64,000 bases of DNA from Candidatus Latescibacterota bacterium (lineage in GTDB: Bacteria > Latescibacterota > UBA2968), in NCBI GenBank assembly GCA_965205975.1, contig OZ242195.1, positions 5,495,253-5,559,252 on the forward strand. Reading direction: 5' to 3'. Below the pieces are notes generated by a model that saw only the letters and a list, made by a program, of their open reading frames with translations, did not search any database and had not been told where the DNA came from. Of this stretch, positions 55,103-64,000 are shown in pieces. Numbering within the stretch: the first letter of the stretch is position 1; each line of letters begins with the position of its first letter. A program made the translations under genes and the position numbers.

Positions 55103-56791
55103 TTACGCGCTGGCCTGTGTAGAAGCTCCCGGGCGGTAATTGCTATTGCGCCCGCGCCGACCGTAGCGTCGGCCCCGACTACGCGGAATGCGTTTGCCAG
55201 AGCGGCCTGCCCAATCTGTGGCAATTGTTTGTCTAATTACCGTGATCTGAACCTCGCCCGGATAGGTCATTTCCTCGCGAATGCGCTCGGCAATTGCAAA
55301 GGACAGATCTTTAGCCTGTTCGTCGTTCACGTGCCCGGCATTGACCAGCACGCGCACTTCGCGTCCAGCATTGATGGCATAAGCATCGCGCACACCATCG
55401 AAAGATTGTGCCACCTCCTCTAAATCTCGCACCCGTTTGATATACCCTTCGGCATCGTCGCGCCGAGCGCCTGGCCGCGATGAAGAAATCGCATCGGCTG
55501 CTTTGACCAAAAACGAAAGTGGGGTGGTAGCCTCTGCCTCGCCATGGTGATAAAAAATGCCGTTGATAACCTCTTTGCCCTCGCCGTATTTGCCAGCCAG
55601 ATGCGCACCAATATCGGTGTGTTTGCCCTCGAGTTCCTGGTCCACGGCTTTGCCGATATCGTGCAATAACCCACATCGCCGCGCGAGTTTTTCATCCATG
55701 TCCAATTCTGATGCCATTGCACCAGCCAGAAAAGCCACTTCTTTAGAATGCCCCAAAACGCTTTGCCCATAACTCGTGCGGTACTTGAGCTTCCCGACCA
55801 GTTTGACCAGTTCTGGATGCAATGATTCAATACCCAATTCTCGCACTGCCTGACGGCCTTCTTCGGCAATGAGTGAGTAGATCTTTTTTTCGCAGTTGGC
55901 AACAACCGCTTCAACGCGGCTTGGATTGATGCGACCGTCGCGCACCAATTGCTCCATGGACAGGCGTGCCACATCGCGCTTGACCGGATCAAAGCTGGAT
56001 AAGACAACCGCCTCGGGTGTATCGTTTACAATGACTTTCACACCGGTGGCGGCTTCAAAAGCAATAATATTGCGTCCCTCTTTGCCGACAATCCGCCCCT
56101 TGATATGATCATCGGGCAATGTGACAACCGATATGGATGATTGAACGGTTTGGTCGGTGGAACAGCGTTCTATTGCCTGTGCCAGAATTTTCTTAGCCTC
56201 GCGATGGGATCGTTCTCTGGCGTGATCGATAATTTCTCGGCCGATATTTGCTGCTGTCTGCCGCAGTGAGTTTCGGATATTTTCGAGCAGCATCTCGCGG
56301 GCGCGATCTGCATTCATGCCCGAAATGCGCTCCAATTGCGCCCGTTGCTGATCGAGAATATCGGTCAGTTCAAGTTCTCGTTTTTCCAAACGGACGGCTT
56401 TTTGATTTCCTTCTTGTTCCCGCCGGGTTAAAGTTTTTTCGCGTTGGCTTGCGACCTCAGCCTGTTTTGTGAGGCGTGCCTCTTGTTCGTGTAATTCATC
56501 GTTTCGGCGATCCAAAGCACGCTGTTTTTCTTCAAAAGACTTTTCAATTTCTGCCTTTTCTTCATACCAGCTATTTTTAATTTCTAAAAAAGCTGTCTTG
56601 CGATCTCGGTCTTCCTGTTTCGCGAGTTTGATTGCGCGTTTCTCTGCTTGTTGCTCAATATCTCGCATTTTTCGATCTCTAATGCGGGTGCTAACAAACC
56701 ACCCGATTCCAAACGTAATAAGGGCAATGGCAACTGCCAGATAGATGATAATGTTCGTCGCCATTGAAGCTCCCTGAAATAGCATGTCCAT
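55103..56791 (-). CDS. rny: Ribonuclease Y
   Basis: N-terminal TM, coiled coil, KH domain KGRIVGKEGRNI, RTSYGQ, LLHDIGK, ADAISSSRPGAR; GGAGG upstream. Confidence 0.96.
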   Translation of the reverse strand: MDMLFQGASMATNIIIYLAVAIALITFGIGWFVSTRIRDRKMRDIEQQAEKRAIKLAKQEDRDRKTAFLEIKNSWYEEKAEIEKSFEEKQRALDRRNDELHEQEARLTKQAEVASQREKTLTRREQEGNQKAVRLEKRELELTDILDQQRAQLERISGMNADRAREMLLENIRNSLRQTAANIGREIIDHARERSHREAKKILAQAIERCSTDQTVQSSISVVTLPDDHIKGRIVGKEGRNIIAFEAATGVKVIVNDTPEAVVLSSFDPVKRDVARLSMEQLVRDGRINPSRVEAVVANCEKKIYSLIAEEGRQAVRELGIESLHPELVKLVGKLKYRTSYGQSVLGHSKEVAFLAGAMASELDMDEKLARRCGLLHDIGKAVDQELEGKHTDIGAHLAGKYGEGKEVINGIFYHHGEAEATTPLSFLVKAADAISSSRPGARRDDAEGYIKRVRDLEEVAQSFDGVRDAYAINAGREVRVLVNAGHVNDEQAKDLSFAIAERIREEMTYPGEVQITVIRQTIATDWAGRSGKRIPRSRGRRYGRRGRNSNYRPGASTQASA

Positions 56792-57008
56792 TGGAGCCTC
56801 CTGTCAAAATTCAAATCCGGTTTTATATCCATAGCGCAGGTGCGTTTGAAGATGTCTCCAAAACGTTTCTGCACAAACTGCGCCGATGCGTTATACGCAT
56901 CGCAAAGAAAAAAGAGTTTTAAAAAAATAAACGTCATGCGTTTTTATTCCTCAGAAGCTGTTACAAAGCGATATGATTCAGTTAATCCACCCAATATTTT
57001 AAAGGACC

Positions 57009-57043
57009 TAAAAGGGAGGAATCGCGAGACGACCCCTCCCTTC
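57009..57043 (-). terminator. Intrinsic terminator after erpA
   Basis: Minus strand AAGGGAGGGGTCG-N5-CGATTCCTCCCTTTT. Confidence 0.65.
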
Positions 57044-57072
57044 TGCACATTGGCATTTCTGCAAAACGATGT

Positions 57073-57399
57073 TCAAACGCTGAACGATTCCCCACATCCA
57101 CACTGATTTTTGGCATTGGGATTGTTAAATCGAAATCCCGTTCCCATCAGGCCATCGTCGTAATCCAGTTCCGTGCCTGTCAAAAAGAGCGCACTTTTCA
57201 TATCGACAAAAACTCGAATGCCATAGGCTTCGATTACGCTGTCATCTGTGCGGGTTGTCTCGTCGAAATCGAGCTGATATTGAAGGCCGGAACATCCGCC
57301 GCCGATCACTTTCAAGCGCAAACCGTGATCTTCAGGACGGCCGTCTCGGTCCCTGAGTTCTTTTATTTTGCCCGCTGCTGTTTCTGTGACGCGAACCAT
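57073..57399 (-). CDS. erpA: A-type Fe-S carrier (ErpA/IscA, HesB family)
   Basis: GGGCSGLQY, GFRFNNPNAKNQCGCGESF. Confidence 0.9.
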   Translation of the reverse strand: MVRVTETAAGKIKELRDRDGRPEDHGLRLKVIGGGCSGLQYQLDFDETTRTDDSVIEAYGIRVFVDMKSALFLTGTELDYDDGLMGTGFRFNNPNAKNQCGCGESFSV

Positions 57400-57410
57400 A
57401 ACTGCCTCCA

Positions 57411-57890
57411 TTAACTCAACGCTTGCAAACACGCTTTGATCGCATCAAAATCCGGCAACTCGGTTGGATCGTCGGACACAGAAGCAAAGCGCACCACACC
57501 GCTTTTATCTACGACAAAAGCCGAACGCTTTGCCACGCCCTTAAATCCAATCAAATCTTCGAATTGCGATCCATAAGCCGCGCTGACTTCTTTGTTGAAA
57601 TCGCTGAGCAGGGGAATGGTAATACCTTCTTTCTCTGCCCATGCTTCCTGGGCAAAGGGACTATCCACGCTGATGCCTAAAACCTGTGCATCGAGTGCGT
57701 CGTAATCGGCTAAACCAGCACTGACCGAACACATTTCATCGGTGCAGACACCGGTATAAGCGAGTGGAAAAAACAAGATTACGACGTTTTTGTTATCTCT
57801 GTAATCGCTCAGAGAAATATCGTTCATATCGTCACCAGATTTTGATTTCAACGTAAAATCTGGCGCCTGATCACCTACAGTAATACCCAT
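57411..57890 (-). CDS. Peroxiredoxin (AhpC/TSA family, AhpE-like)
   Basis: FFPLAYTGVCTDEMC (PxxxTxxC), GISVDS, LLSDFN, KRSAFVVD. Confidence 0.9.
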   Translation of the reverse strand: MGITVGDQAPDFTLKSKSGDDMNDISLSDYRDNKNVVILFFPLAYTGVCTDEMCSVSAGLADYDALDAQVLGISVDSPFAQEAWAEKEGITIPLLSDFNKEVSAAYGSQFEDLIGFKGVAKRSAFVVDKSGVVRFASVSDDPTELPDFDAIKACLQALS

Positions 57891-57912
57891 TTCTCATATC
57901 CTTTGGAAAAAC

Positions 57913-58524
57913 TTATAGCGCAGCTTCGTAACGGCGGTTGACTTCGTCCCAGTTAATTGTATTGGTCCAGGCTTCAATATAATCGGGACGCAAATTCTGA
58001 TACTTGAGATAATAAGCGTGTTCCCATACATCGAGGCCGAGAATGGGCGTTCCGTCACCTGTCATGATCGGATTATCTTGATTGGCAGTGCTCAAAATAT
58101 CGAGCTTGCCGTCTTTGACCACAAGCCAGGCCCACCCACTTCCAAAGCGCGTTGTTGCAGCGGTGACAAATGTTTCCTTCGCCGCTTCCATGCTGCCCAA
58201 ATCGGCCACAATAGCGTCGGCAACTGCACCTGTTGGTGAGCCACCGCCATTGGAGCCCATAATTGTCCAGAACAAACTGTGGTTGGCATGGCCGCCGCCG
58301 TTGTTTTGTACAGCCGTGCGGATATCTTCTGGCACGTTGTCCAGATTGGTGATCAAACTCTCAATAGACTGATTTGCCAGATCATCGTGCCCCTCAAGTG
58401 CGGCATTGAGATTAGTTACGTAGGCATTGTGGTGTTTGGAGTGGTGAATTTCCATTGTCCGCGCGTCAATATACGGCTCCAGTGCATCATAAGCATAGGG
58501 TAAGTCGGGCAATTCGTATGCCAT
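57913..58524 (-). CDS. sodA: Superoxide dismutase, Mn-type signature
   Basis: [34 protein letters not shown]. Confidence 0.95.
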   Translation of the reverse strand: MAYELPDLPYAYDALEPYIDARTMEIHHSKHHNAYVTNLNAALEGHDDLANQSIESLITNLDNVPEDIRTAVQNNGGGHANHSLFWTIMGSNGGGSPTGAVADAIVADLGSMEAAKETFVTAATTRFGSGWAWLVVKDGKLDILSTANQDNPIMTGDGTPILGLDVWEHAYYLKYQNLRPDYIEAWTNTINWDEVNRRYEAAL

Positions 58525-58574
58525 TTTGAAACTCCTTGTTTAAAGATGAATAGCGTTACTGAGTCGGAAATAAA

Positions 58575-58603
58575 AATATAATGAACTCCCCTGAAGGCGT
58601 CAA
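58575..58603 (-). promoter_or_regulatory. Candidate sigma-70 promoter of sodA-prx-erpA
   Basis: TTGACG-17 bp-TATATT. Confidence 0.6.
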
Positions 58604-58672
58604 GTCCTTATACAAGTCATTTATTTTATATAACATAAATACTTACAATAACTTGATATATATCTGGAAAAA

Positions 58673-59527
58673 TCATTTGATGTGAACCAGTGCGTTGTCT
58701 ATCAGGCGTGCATTGCCGAAACGCACAGCCACGGCCAGCAAAATGGAATCTTTTAGCTCGGCAACGGGCGTGAGGTTTTTTGCATCGACGGCTTCGATAT
58801 AGTCGATTTCTGCACTGCGCTGTGGTTCAATGACATCGCGCATGGCTTCAATGACCCTTTGGGTACGCCTTTCGCCCTGATCAATCATTTTTTGCCCCAC
58901 CATCAATGCGCGGTAAAGCGCGGGGGCTTGCCCCCGTTCTTCAGCACTTAAATAAGCATTTCTCGAACTCATCGCCAATCCGTCCGCTTCGCGCACTGTG
59001 GGGGCCATCTGTATCTCCACATCCAGATTGAGATCGCGCACCATGCGTTGAATGACGATTGTTTGTTGTGCATCTTTTTGTCCAAAGACAGCTACATGGG
59101 GTTTTACCGCAGCAAATAGTTTGGTGACGATTGTCGTCACACCTTCAAAATGCCCTGGACGACTTGCGCCACAAAGTCTTTCGGTCAACTTTGCCACGCG
59201 CACCGATGTCGCAAAATCTCCGGGATATATTTCTTTTTTCTCGGGCAGGTATGCGAGATGCACGCCGTGCTGGTTGAGCAATTTCAGGTCCCGATCTATG
59301 TCTTTTGGATAGGCTGCGAGATCTTCGGCGGGACCAAATTGCAGCGGGTTGACAAAAATGCTCACCACAACCCGATCTGTCACTTTTAATGCCTGGCGCA
59401 CGAGGCTGAGATGTCCTTCGTGCAGATATCCCATTGTGGGTACAAGCCCGATGCGCAGGCCCGCCTGTCGGATACGGTCTGCTGCGCGGTGCATCTCGCG
59501 GACGGTTTTGATAATTTTTACGGGCAT
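58673..59527 (-). CDS. panC: Pantoate--beta-alanine ligase
   Basis: VPTMGYLHEGH, SIFVNPLQF, RPGHFEGV, FGQKDAQQ, AMSSRN, RLIDN. Confidence 0.97.
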   Translation of the reverse strand: MPVKIIKTVREMHRAADRIRQAGLRIGLVPTMGYLHEGHLSLVRQALKVTDRVVVSIFVNPLQFGPAEDLAAYPKDIDRDLKLLNQHGVHLAYLPEKKEIYPGDFATSVRVAKLTERLCGASRPGHFEGVTTIVTKLFAAVKPHVAVFGQKDAQQTIVIQRMVRDLNLDVEIQMAPTVREADGLAMSSRNAYLSAEERGQAPALYRALMVGQKMIDQGERRTQRVIEAMRDVIEPQRSAEIDYIEAVDAKNLTPVAELKDSILLAVAVRFGNARLIDNALVHIK

Positions 59528-59529
59528 AA

Positions 59530-59622
59530 CGAATTAGCGAATCAACGAATCAACGAATCAGCGACGGAGTTTGTAACAATTTGGGGTGGTGGGGTTCGTC
59601 TATTCGTCTATTCGTCTATTCG
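59530..59622 (-). repeat. Second full copy of the octamer-bounded miniature element
   Basis: Minus strand: (CGAATAGA)x3 CGAACCCCACCACCCCAAATTGTTACAAACTCCGTCG then four TTGATTCG-like units. Confidence 0.85.
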
Positions 59623-60441
59623 CGCCTTGAATCGGCGCAGTTCCGCGCTTTTTATCTTAAAACGGTGTTTGTCTTCTGGAAATCGACGCGACTTGATATC
59701 TGCGACATAGTCTGCAAATGCCTGATGCATCTCCCCTTTGAGGTCAGTGTATGTTTTGACAAACCGATAATGGCTTTTGTAAACGCCCAGCATATCGTGT
59801 GCAACCAGCACTTGTCCATCGCATACGCGCCCGGCACCAATTCCAATGGTTGGCATGGACAACCTTTTGGTCACGACTTCGGCGACGCGCTCGGGCACAC
59901 ATTCTAAGACTACGGCCAGCGCGCCGGCAGACGCCAATGCATCGGCATCATACAGGACATCGAGTGCTTCTTCGGCGCGATCGCCAAACACGGGACGCTT
60001 ACCCGTGCGCGTTTGGGGCGTGTAGCCCACATGCCCAACCACGGGAATGCCCTCGGCGACGAGTGCCTCGACCTGGGTCGTTATATTGCGCCCTCCTTCG
60101 AGTTTAACCACTTCGGTGCCAGCAGAAACCAATTGTCGCGCATTTTCTAATGCACGCTCTGGCGTTTCGTAAGCTCGATAGGGCAAATCTGCCATCAACA
60201 GGGCACTCACTACTCCGCGCCGCACCGCGCGCGTGTGGTGGAGCATATCATCCATTGTCACCTGCTGTGGGCTTTTATACCCCAACACATTGACGCCAAC
60301 CGAGTCTCCCACAAAGATGACATCGACACCCGCAGCATCCTGAAAAACAGCCGTTGGATGATCGTAACAGGTCAACATCGCAATGGGTTCGCCTCGTTGT
60401 TTCATCAGCGAGAGGGTTTCTGGTTGTATCCGCGATCCCAT
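59608..60441 (-). CDS. panB: 3-methyl-2-oxobutanoate hydroxymethyltransferase
   Basis: MLTCYD, VGDSVG, ADLP, KLEGG, GHVGYTPQ, IGIGAG..DGQVLV. Confidence 0.96.
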   Translation of the reverse strand: MGSRIQPETLSLMKQRGEPIAMLTCYDHPTAVFQDAAGVDVIFVGDSVGVNVLGYKSPQQVTMDDMLHHTRAVRRGVVSALLMADLPYRAYETPERALENARQLVSAGTEVVKLEGGRNITTQVEALVAEGIPVVGHVGYTPQTRTGKRPVFGDRAEEALDVLYDADALASAGALAVVLECVPERVAEVVTKRLSMPTIGIGAGRVCDGQVLVAHDMLGVYKSHYRFVKTYTDLKGEMHQAFADYVADIKSRRFPEDKHRFKIKSAELRRFKARIDE

Positions 60442-60444
60442 AAG

Positions 60445-61098
60445 TCAGGTCCGCCTCGTGTTGTCAGCTTCCATATGCGCTGGTCGATAATAACGGGTTC
60501 CAGATGGAGGCGATGTAATTTGTGCCAGTAAATCCTCCAGGTGTTCTGGGCGGTTTTCAAAATCGATCTCCGATACATTAACTGCGAGTAGCGGTGTTAC
60601 CGAATAATGAAAGAAAAACTGGTTATAAGCTTCCAGTAACTTCGAGACGTATGCTTTTGTTATCGCTCTTTCATATCCGCGTTCATGGCGTCTTATACCC
60701 CGCATCAGATGATTGACTGTGGTTTGCAAATAAATCACCAGATCTGGACGGGGAAGTTTTTCGCTCAATGTTTCGGACAGTCGCTCATAGAGGGCAAATT
60801 CCGTATCATTGAGTGTCACATTGGCGTAGATGCGATCTTTTTCAAAAATAAAATTGCTGACCACAGCTTCTTCAAACAAATCCATCTGGTGTAGTTCTTG
60901 TTGCTGTCGATAGCGGCTCAGCATAAAAAAGACCTGGGTTTGAAAGCCATATTGATCAGGGGCCTCGTAGAACAAAGGCAAAAAGGGATTTTCTTCGGGT
61001 TCTTCGAGCATCAGGCGGGCATTTAGACGACGCCTCAAAAGACGAGCCAAACGCCTTTTGCCCACACCTGTTACGCCTTCAATAGCTATATATCGCAA
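60445..61098 (-). CDS. Deoxynucleoside kinase family protein with degenerate P-loop
   Basis: IAIEG..GVGK, ENPFL..FY, Q.FF..SR..Q, PDLVIYLQ. Confidence 0.85.
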   Translation of the reverse strand: MRYIAIEGVTGVGKRRLARLLRRRLNARLMLEEPEENPFLPLFYEAPDQYGFQTQVFFMLSRYRQQQELHQMDLFEEAVVSNFIFEKDRIYANVTLNDTEFALYERLSETLSEKLPRPDLVIYLQTTVNHLMRGIRRHERGYERAITKAYVSKLLEAYNQFFFHYSVTPLLAVNVSEIDFENRPEHLEDLLAQITSPPSGTRYYRPAHMEADNTRRT

Positions 61099-61115
61099 CG
61101 CTAAATCCCCTGGCC

Positions 61116-61619
61116 TTATTTTTTGATCATTAAATTGAGACCTTCAATTTTTCGCACGGGCAAATCCATGCCCAGGGAGTCGGTCAAAAATTGAATCGAT
61201 TGATCTAAAACGGGATGTTTGAGATCGGGTTTGAGGTCGCAAAGCGGTACCAGGACGAATGCGCGCTCGTGCAAGTGTGGGTGTGGCACCTGCAAGCCCG
61301 GCTGGTTGATGACGGTATCGCCACAAAATAAAATATCGAGGTCCAGGGTGCGCGGTCCCCACCGCGTCTGGCGCACGCGACCAAATCCGCGCTCAATTGC
61401 CAGTAGGCAATTCAATAAACTTCGCGCGGAGAGACTGGTATGGATTTGCAGAACTGCGTTGAGAAAATACGGCTGATCAACCACTCCGATTGGGGCGGTC
61501 TCATAGACTGCAGAGGCAGCGACAACGGCGATTTCGGGTTTTGCATCCAGAATACCCGTCGCATCCAGGAGCGTTTTTTCTCGATTTCCCAAATTCGCGC
61601 CAATGCCAATGTAGGTCAC
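61116..61619 (-). CDS. folK: 2-amino-4-hydroxy-6-hydroxymethyldihydropteridine diphosphokinase
   Basis: IGIGANLG, YET.P, QP.FLNAV, RWGPRTLDLDIL, PHP...RAFVLVPL. Confidence 0.96.
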   Translation of the reverse strand: MTYIGIGANLGNREKTLLDATGILDAKPEIAVVAASAVYETAPIGVVDQPYFLNAVLQIHTSLSARSLLNCLLAIERGFGRVRQTRWGPRTLDLDILFCGDTVINQPGLQVPHPHLHERAFVLVPLCDLKPDLKHPVLDQSIQFLTDSLGMDLPVRKIEGLNLMIKK

Positions 61620-61975
61620 GTTTCGCGCCTCACTTCAACTTCAACGCCATCGAAATTGACGGAGACCGGTGGATTGGGTTTGCGCACTCGCACGAGGAGT
61701 TTTGTCAGTCCCAATTCCGACTGCAAAATGTCAGCTATGCGGTCTGCCAGGGCTTCGACAAGGCCGAATCGCTCGCCTGTCACCACTTGCTCGACTATTT
61801 TACAGACGCGCGGATAATCTACGGCCCGAGGTGTATTATTGCGTGCAAATCCTCTGAAATCGCCATAGATTTCTACGTCAACTTCAAATTTTTGACCGAG
61901 TTTGGCCTCTTCTTCAAACAGGCCATGGTAGCCGTAAAAAGCCATATTTTTTATTCTCAGTACGTCTTTTGTCAT
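61616..61975 (-). CDS. folB: Dihydroneopterin aldolase
   Basis: FYGYHG...EE..LGQKF.VD, VDY, LVEALA, VRKP; start ATG 61975. Confidence 0.93.
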   Translation of the reverse strand: MTKDVLRIKNMAFYGYHGLFEEEAKLGQKFEVDVEIYGDFRGFARNNTPRAVDYPRVCKIVEQVVTGERFGLVEALADRIADILQSELGLTKLLVRVRKPNPPVSVNFDGVEVEVRRET

Positions 61976-62001
61976 GGTGCTAATATTTACAATTCCATTT
62001 G

Positions 62002-62985
62002 TTAAGTCAAGGAGTTTGCTGTAAATGGCAAGTTGACTACTTCGGCCTCTGATCCGTCGTCCAAAATTACGCGTTGTCCTGCCTCGTGATAGCCCCGGCG
62101 GATTATGGCAAGGGCGATCACGCGATTGAGGTGGAGCGATTTTACGCATGTGGTTACTCGTCCGACGATTTTATCGTTGACTGTGATATTGCCACAAACA
62201 GGCGTATTGCCGATTAGGCCCATTAGATAGCGGCGAGGGCGTCCTCGAAAGTGCATTTTGGCGATTACTTCTTGCCCAATGTAGCAGCCCTTGTCAAAAT
62301 CGACGGCGTGATTTAAACCAGCTTCGAGGGGCACAACTGACTCATCGATTTCGGTGCCATAACGGGGAATACCAGCTTCGACCCGCAATATTTCTTCTAC
62401 TTGCCATCCGATTGGCGTTCCCCCCGCTGTAACGAGTGCCCGCCGCAATGAATCGGTGTGGTCTTGTGCAATGCGGAGATCTATGCCCGGTTCGCCCGTG
62501 TATGATCGCGCTGTGACCCAGGTTGGGATACCTTCAAATTCGCGTACAACCGTGTGGTGTTCGGGCAGGTCGGCAGGTATGTGTCCAACAACTCGACCAG
62601 CCAGTTCAAGGGCTGTGGGACCCTGTACGCCCCAAATGTCCCAGATATCGGATTCGTCCGATAGTGCGACATCATCGGCGATCAGATAGCGGTCCAAAGT
62701 TTCAATTAACTTTGTCGCAAGTCCCGGTTCTGTTTCCATATAGATACAATCTTGTAAGCGATGGACCCAAATATCTAATAGCGTTTGTCCTCTCGCCGAT
62801 GTGACTGCGGCATAATTGCCTTCATTTTCAGCGAGGGATTCAACGGTATTGGTCACCATGCCGTGCAAAAATCTCAGACAATCCGCGCCTTCTGCACGCA
62901 CTTTGCCCCGTTTGCTGCGGTTGAATATCCCCGCGTTTTCTCGAACGGCGCAGTACTGTATTTCCATATTTTGCTGTGATAACAT
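62002..62985 (-). CDS. YgfZ/GcvT-family folate-binding protein
   Basis: G.D..RFLHG..TN, LRVEAG.P, KGCYIGQE. Confidence 0.88.
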   Translation of the reverse strand: MLSQQNMEIQYCAVRENAGIFNRSKRGKVRAEGADCLRFLHGMVTNTVESLAENEGNYAAVTSARGQTLLDIWVHRLQDCIYMETEPGLATKLIETLDRYLIADDVALSDESDIWDIWGVQGPTALELAGRVVGHIPADLPEHHTVVREFEGIPTWVTARSYTGEPGIDLRIAQDHTDSLRRALVTAGGTPIGWQVEEILRVEAGIPRYGTEIDESVVPLEAGLNHAVDFDKGCYIGQEVIAKMHFRGRPRRYLMGLIGNTPVCGNITVNDKIVGRVTTCVKSLHLNRVIALAIIRRGYHEAGQRVILDDGSEAEVVNLPFTANSLT

Positions 62986-63085
62986 ATATTCTATCCTCCT
63001 ATTGCCTAATCAGGGTAATATCTATATACTTTGAAAATGCCGTTTTTGTCAAAGGATTCTCATTCTCATCATAAAGGAGATTCGA

Positions 63086-64000
63086 GTGAAAGCTATTCGC
63101 ATATCGCAATACGGTGGTGCAGAAGTTTTGAGTTTTGAGGATGTTGACGTAGCAGATCCGGGCGAGGGGCAGGTGCGGATTGCCATAGAAGCTGCGGGTG
63201 TCAACTTTATTGATACTTATCACCGCACGGGTCTCTATCCTCTGGATTTGCCGTTGACGTTGGGCCTGGAAGGCGCTGGTATCGTGAACGCGGTGGGCGC
63301 AGGGGTTTCGGATTTAGCCGAGGGCGACCGCGTGGCATGGAAAAGCGTGGCGGGTTCTTATGCCGAGCAAGTTGTCGCAGACGAAGTCGAGGTGGTCAAA
63401 ATTCCCTCAGGTGTCGCTACCAAAACCGCAGCCGCGGTGATGTTGCAAGGGCTGACCGCGCATTATCTGGTCAATAGTACCTATTCGGTTCGAGAAGGCG
63501 ATACCTGCCTTATCCACGCAGCGGCAGGGGGTGTTGGCCTTTTGCTCGTACAGATGGCAAAAATGCGCGGGGCACGGGTTATTGGCACCACATCTACCGA
63601 AGAAAAAGCGGCTCTGGCACGGGGGGCTGGTGCCGATGATATTATTCTTTATACCGAACGGGATTTCGAGACCGAAGTTTTGAATCTCACAGATAGCGAG
63701 GGCGTCGAGGTCGTTTACGATTCCGTTGCCAAAGCCACCTGGGAGAAGAGCATAAATTGTCTCAAACCACGCGGTTATATGGTCTTTTTTGGCAATGCCA
63801 GCGGGCCGGTTCCGCCAATTGATCCCCTGCTTCTGTCGCAAAAAGGGTCTATTTATCTCACGCGTCCAACGCTCAATAGCTACACGCAGACCCGCGAAGA
63901 ATATCTCCAGCGTACCCGCGAGGTTATGGGCTGGATTCAAGACGGCGAACTGGATGTGCGTATTGGCGAAGAGCATCCTCTTGAAAATACGGCTGAAGCA
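63086..64000 (+). CDS. qor: NADPH:quinone oxidoreductase (MDR family), 3'-truncated by the window edge; absent from the ORF track
   Basis: AAGGAG + GTG 63086: KAIRISQYGG, AAGVNFIDTY.RTGLY, GLEGAG, HAAAGGVG, VVYDSV, FGNASG. Confidence 0.92.
   Translation, partial: MKAIRISQYGGAEVLSFEDVDVADPGEGQVRIAIEAAGVNFIDTYHRTGLYPLDLPLTLGLEGAGIVNAVGAGVSDLAEGDRVAWKSVAGSYAEQVVADEVEVVKIPSGVATKTAAAVMLQGLTAHYLVNSTYSVREGDTCLIHAAAGGVGLLLVQMAKMRGARVIGTTSTEEKAALARGAGADDIILYTERDFETEVLNLTDSEGVEVVYDSVAKATWEKSINCLKPRGYMVFFGNASGPVPPIDPLLLSQKGSIYLTRPTLNSYTQTREEYLQRTREVMGWIQDGELDVRIGEEHPLENTAEA

Noticed and set aside
55099..55224. N-terminal extension of the IscU-like ORF, and likewise of folB (61976-62149), the SDR (31671-31862) and PL2 (42782-42892)
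   Set aside because: They overlap neighbouring genes or promoter regions; family homology, and in most cases an SD, points to the downstream ATGs
56792..57072. Possible 6S RNA upstream of rny
   Set aside because: I could not see a long rod with a central bubble; only a terminator and a roughly 50-nt hairpin. An Rfam scan would settle it
63407..63976. 189-aa minus-strand ORF at the window end
   Set aside because: Antisense to the qor gene, which runs off the window on the + strand

Overview
64 kb of a bacterial chromosome, about 55 genes. I found no rRNA, tRNA, CRISPR array, intact transposase or phage genes. Gene content (three Cys-type sulfatases, four Gfo/Idh/MocA oxidoreductases, three PhyH-type dioxygenases, heparinase II/III-like, PL2-like lyase, GWxTD protein, RNase Y, beta-barrel proteins) fits a diderm glycan-degrading heterotroph, possibly a Latescibacterota/Gemmatimonadota-like marine or sponge-associated lineage; this taxonomy is inference only. 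The left part (1 to about 30.6 kb) is accessory/catabolic and strongly G+T-skewed on the + strand. Its intergenic spaces carry GTAG-type REP hairpins, 7-, 8- and 10-bp tandem-repeat families and toxin-antitoxin remnants. The right part holds a PL2/dioxygenase operon and a long minus-strand housekeeping run (ygfZ-like, folB, folK, dNK, panB, panC, sodA, prx, erpA, rny, IscU-like, queG, miaB, lipA, GWxTD, IOR). Best leads: (1) two tandem genes encoding signal peptide + helical ectodomain + TM helix + degenerate, complementary CutA (PII-like) domains; (2) a sigma-54 two-component module with a consensus -24/-12 promoter and two TGCAA-N8-TTGCA sites driving a CDP-alcohol phosphatidyltransferase and a flippase-like gene; (3) a dispersed miniature element bounded by quasi-inverted octamer arrays, one copy inside panB-panC; (4) a one-cysteine IscU-like protein among Fe-S client genes. 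All family calls come from motif recognition by eye; no searches were run.
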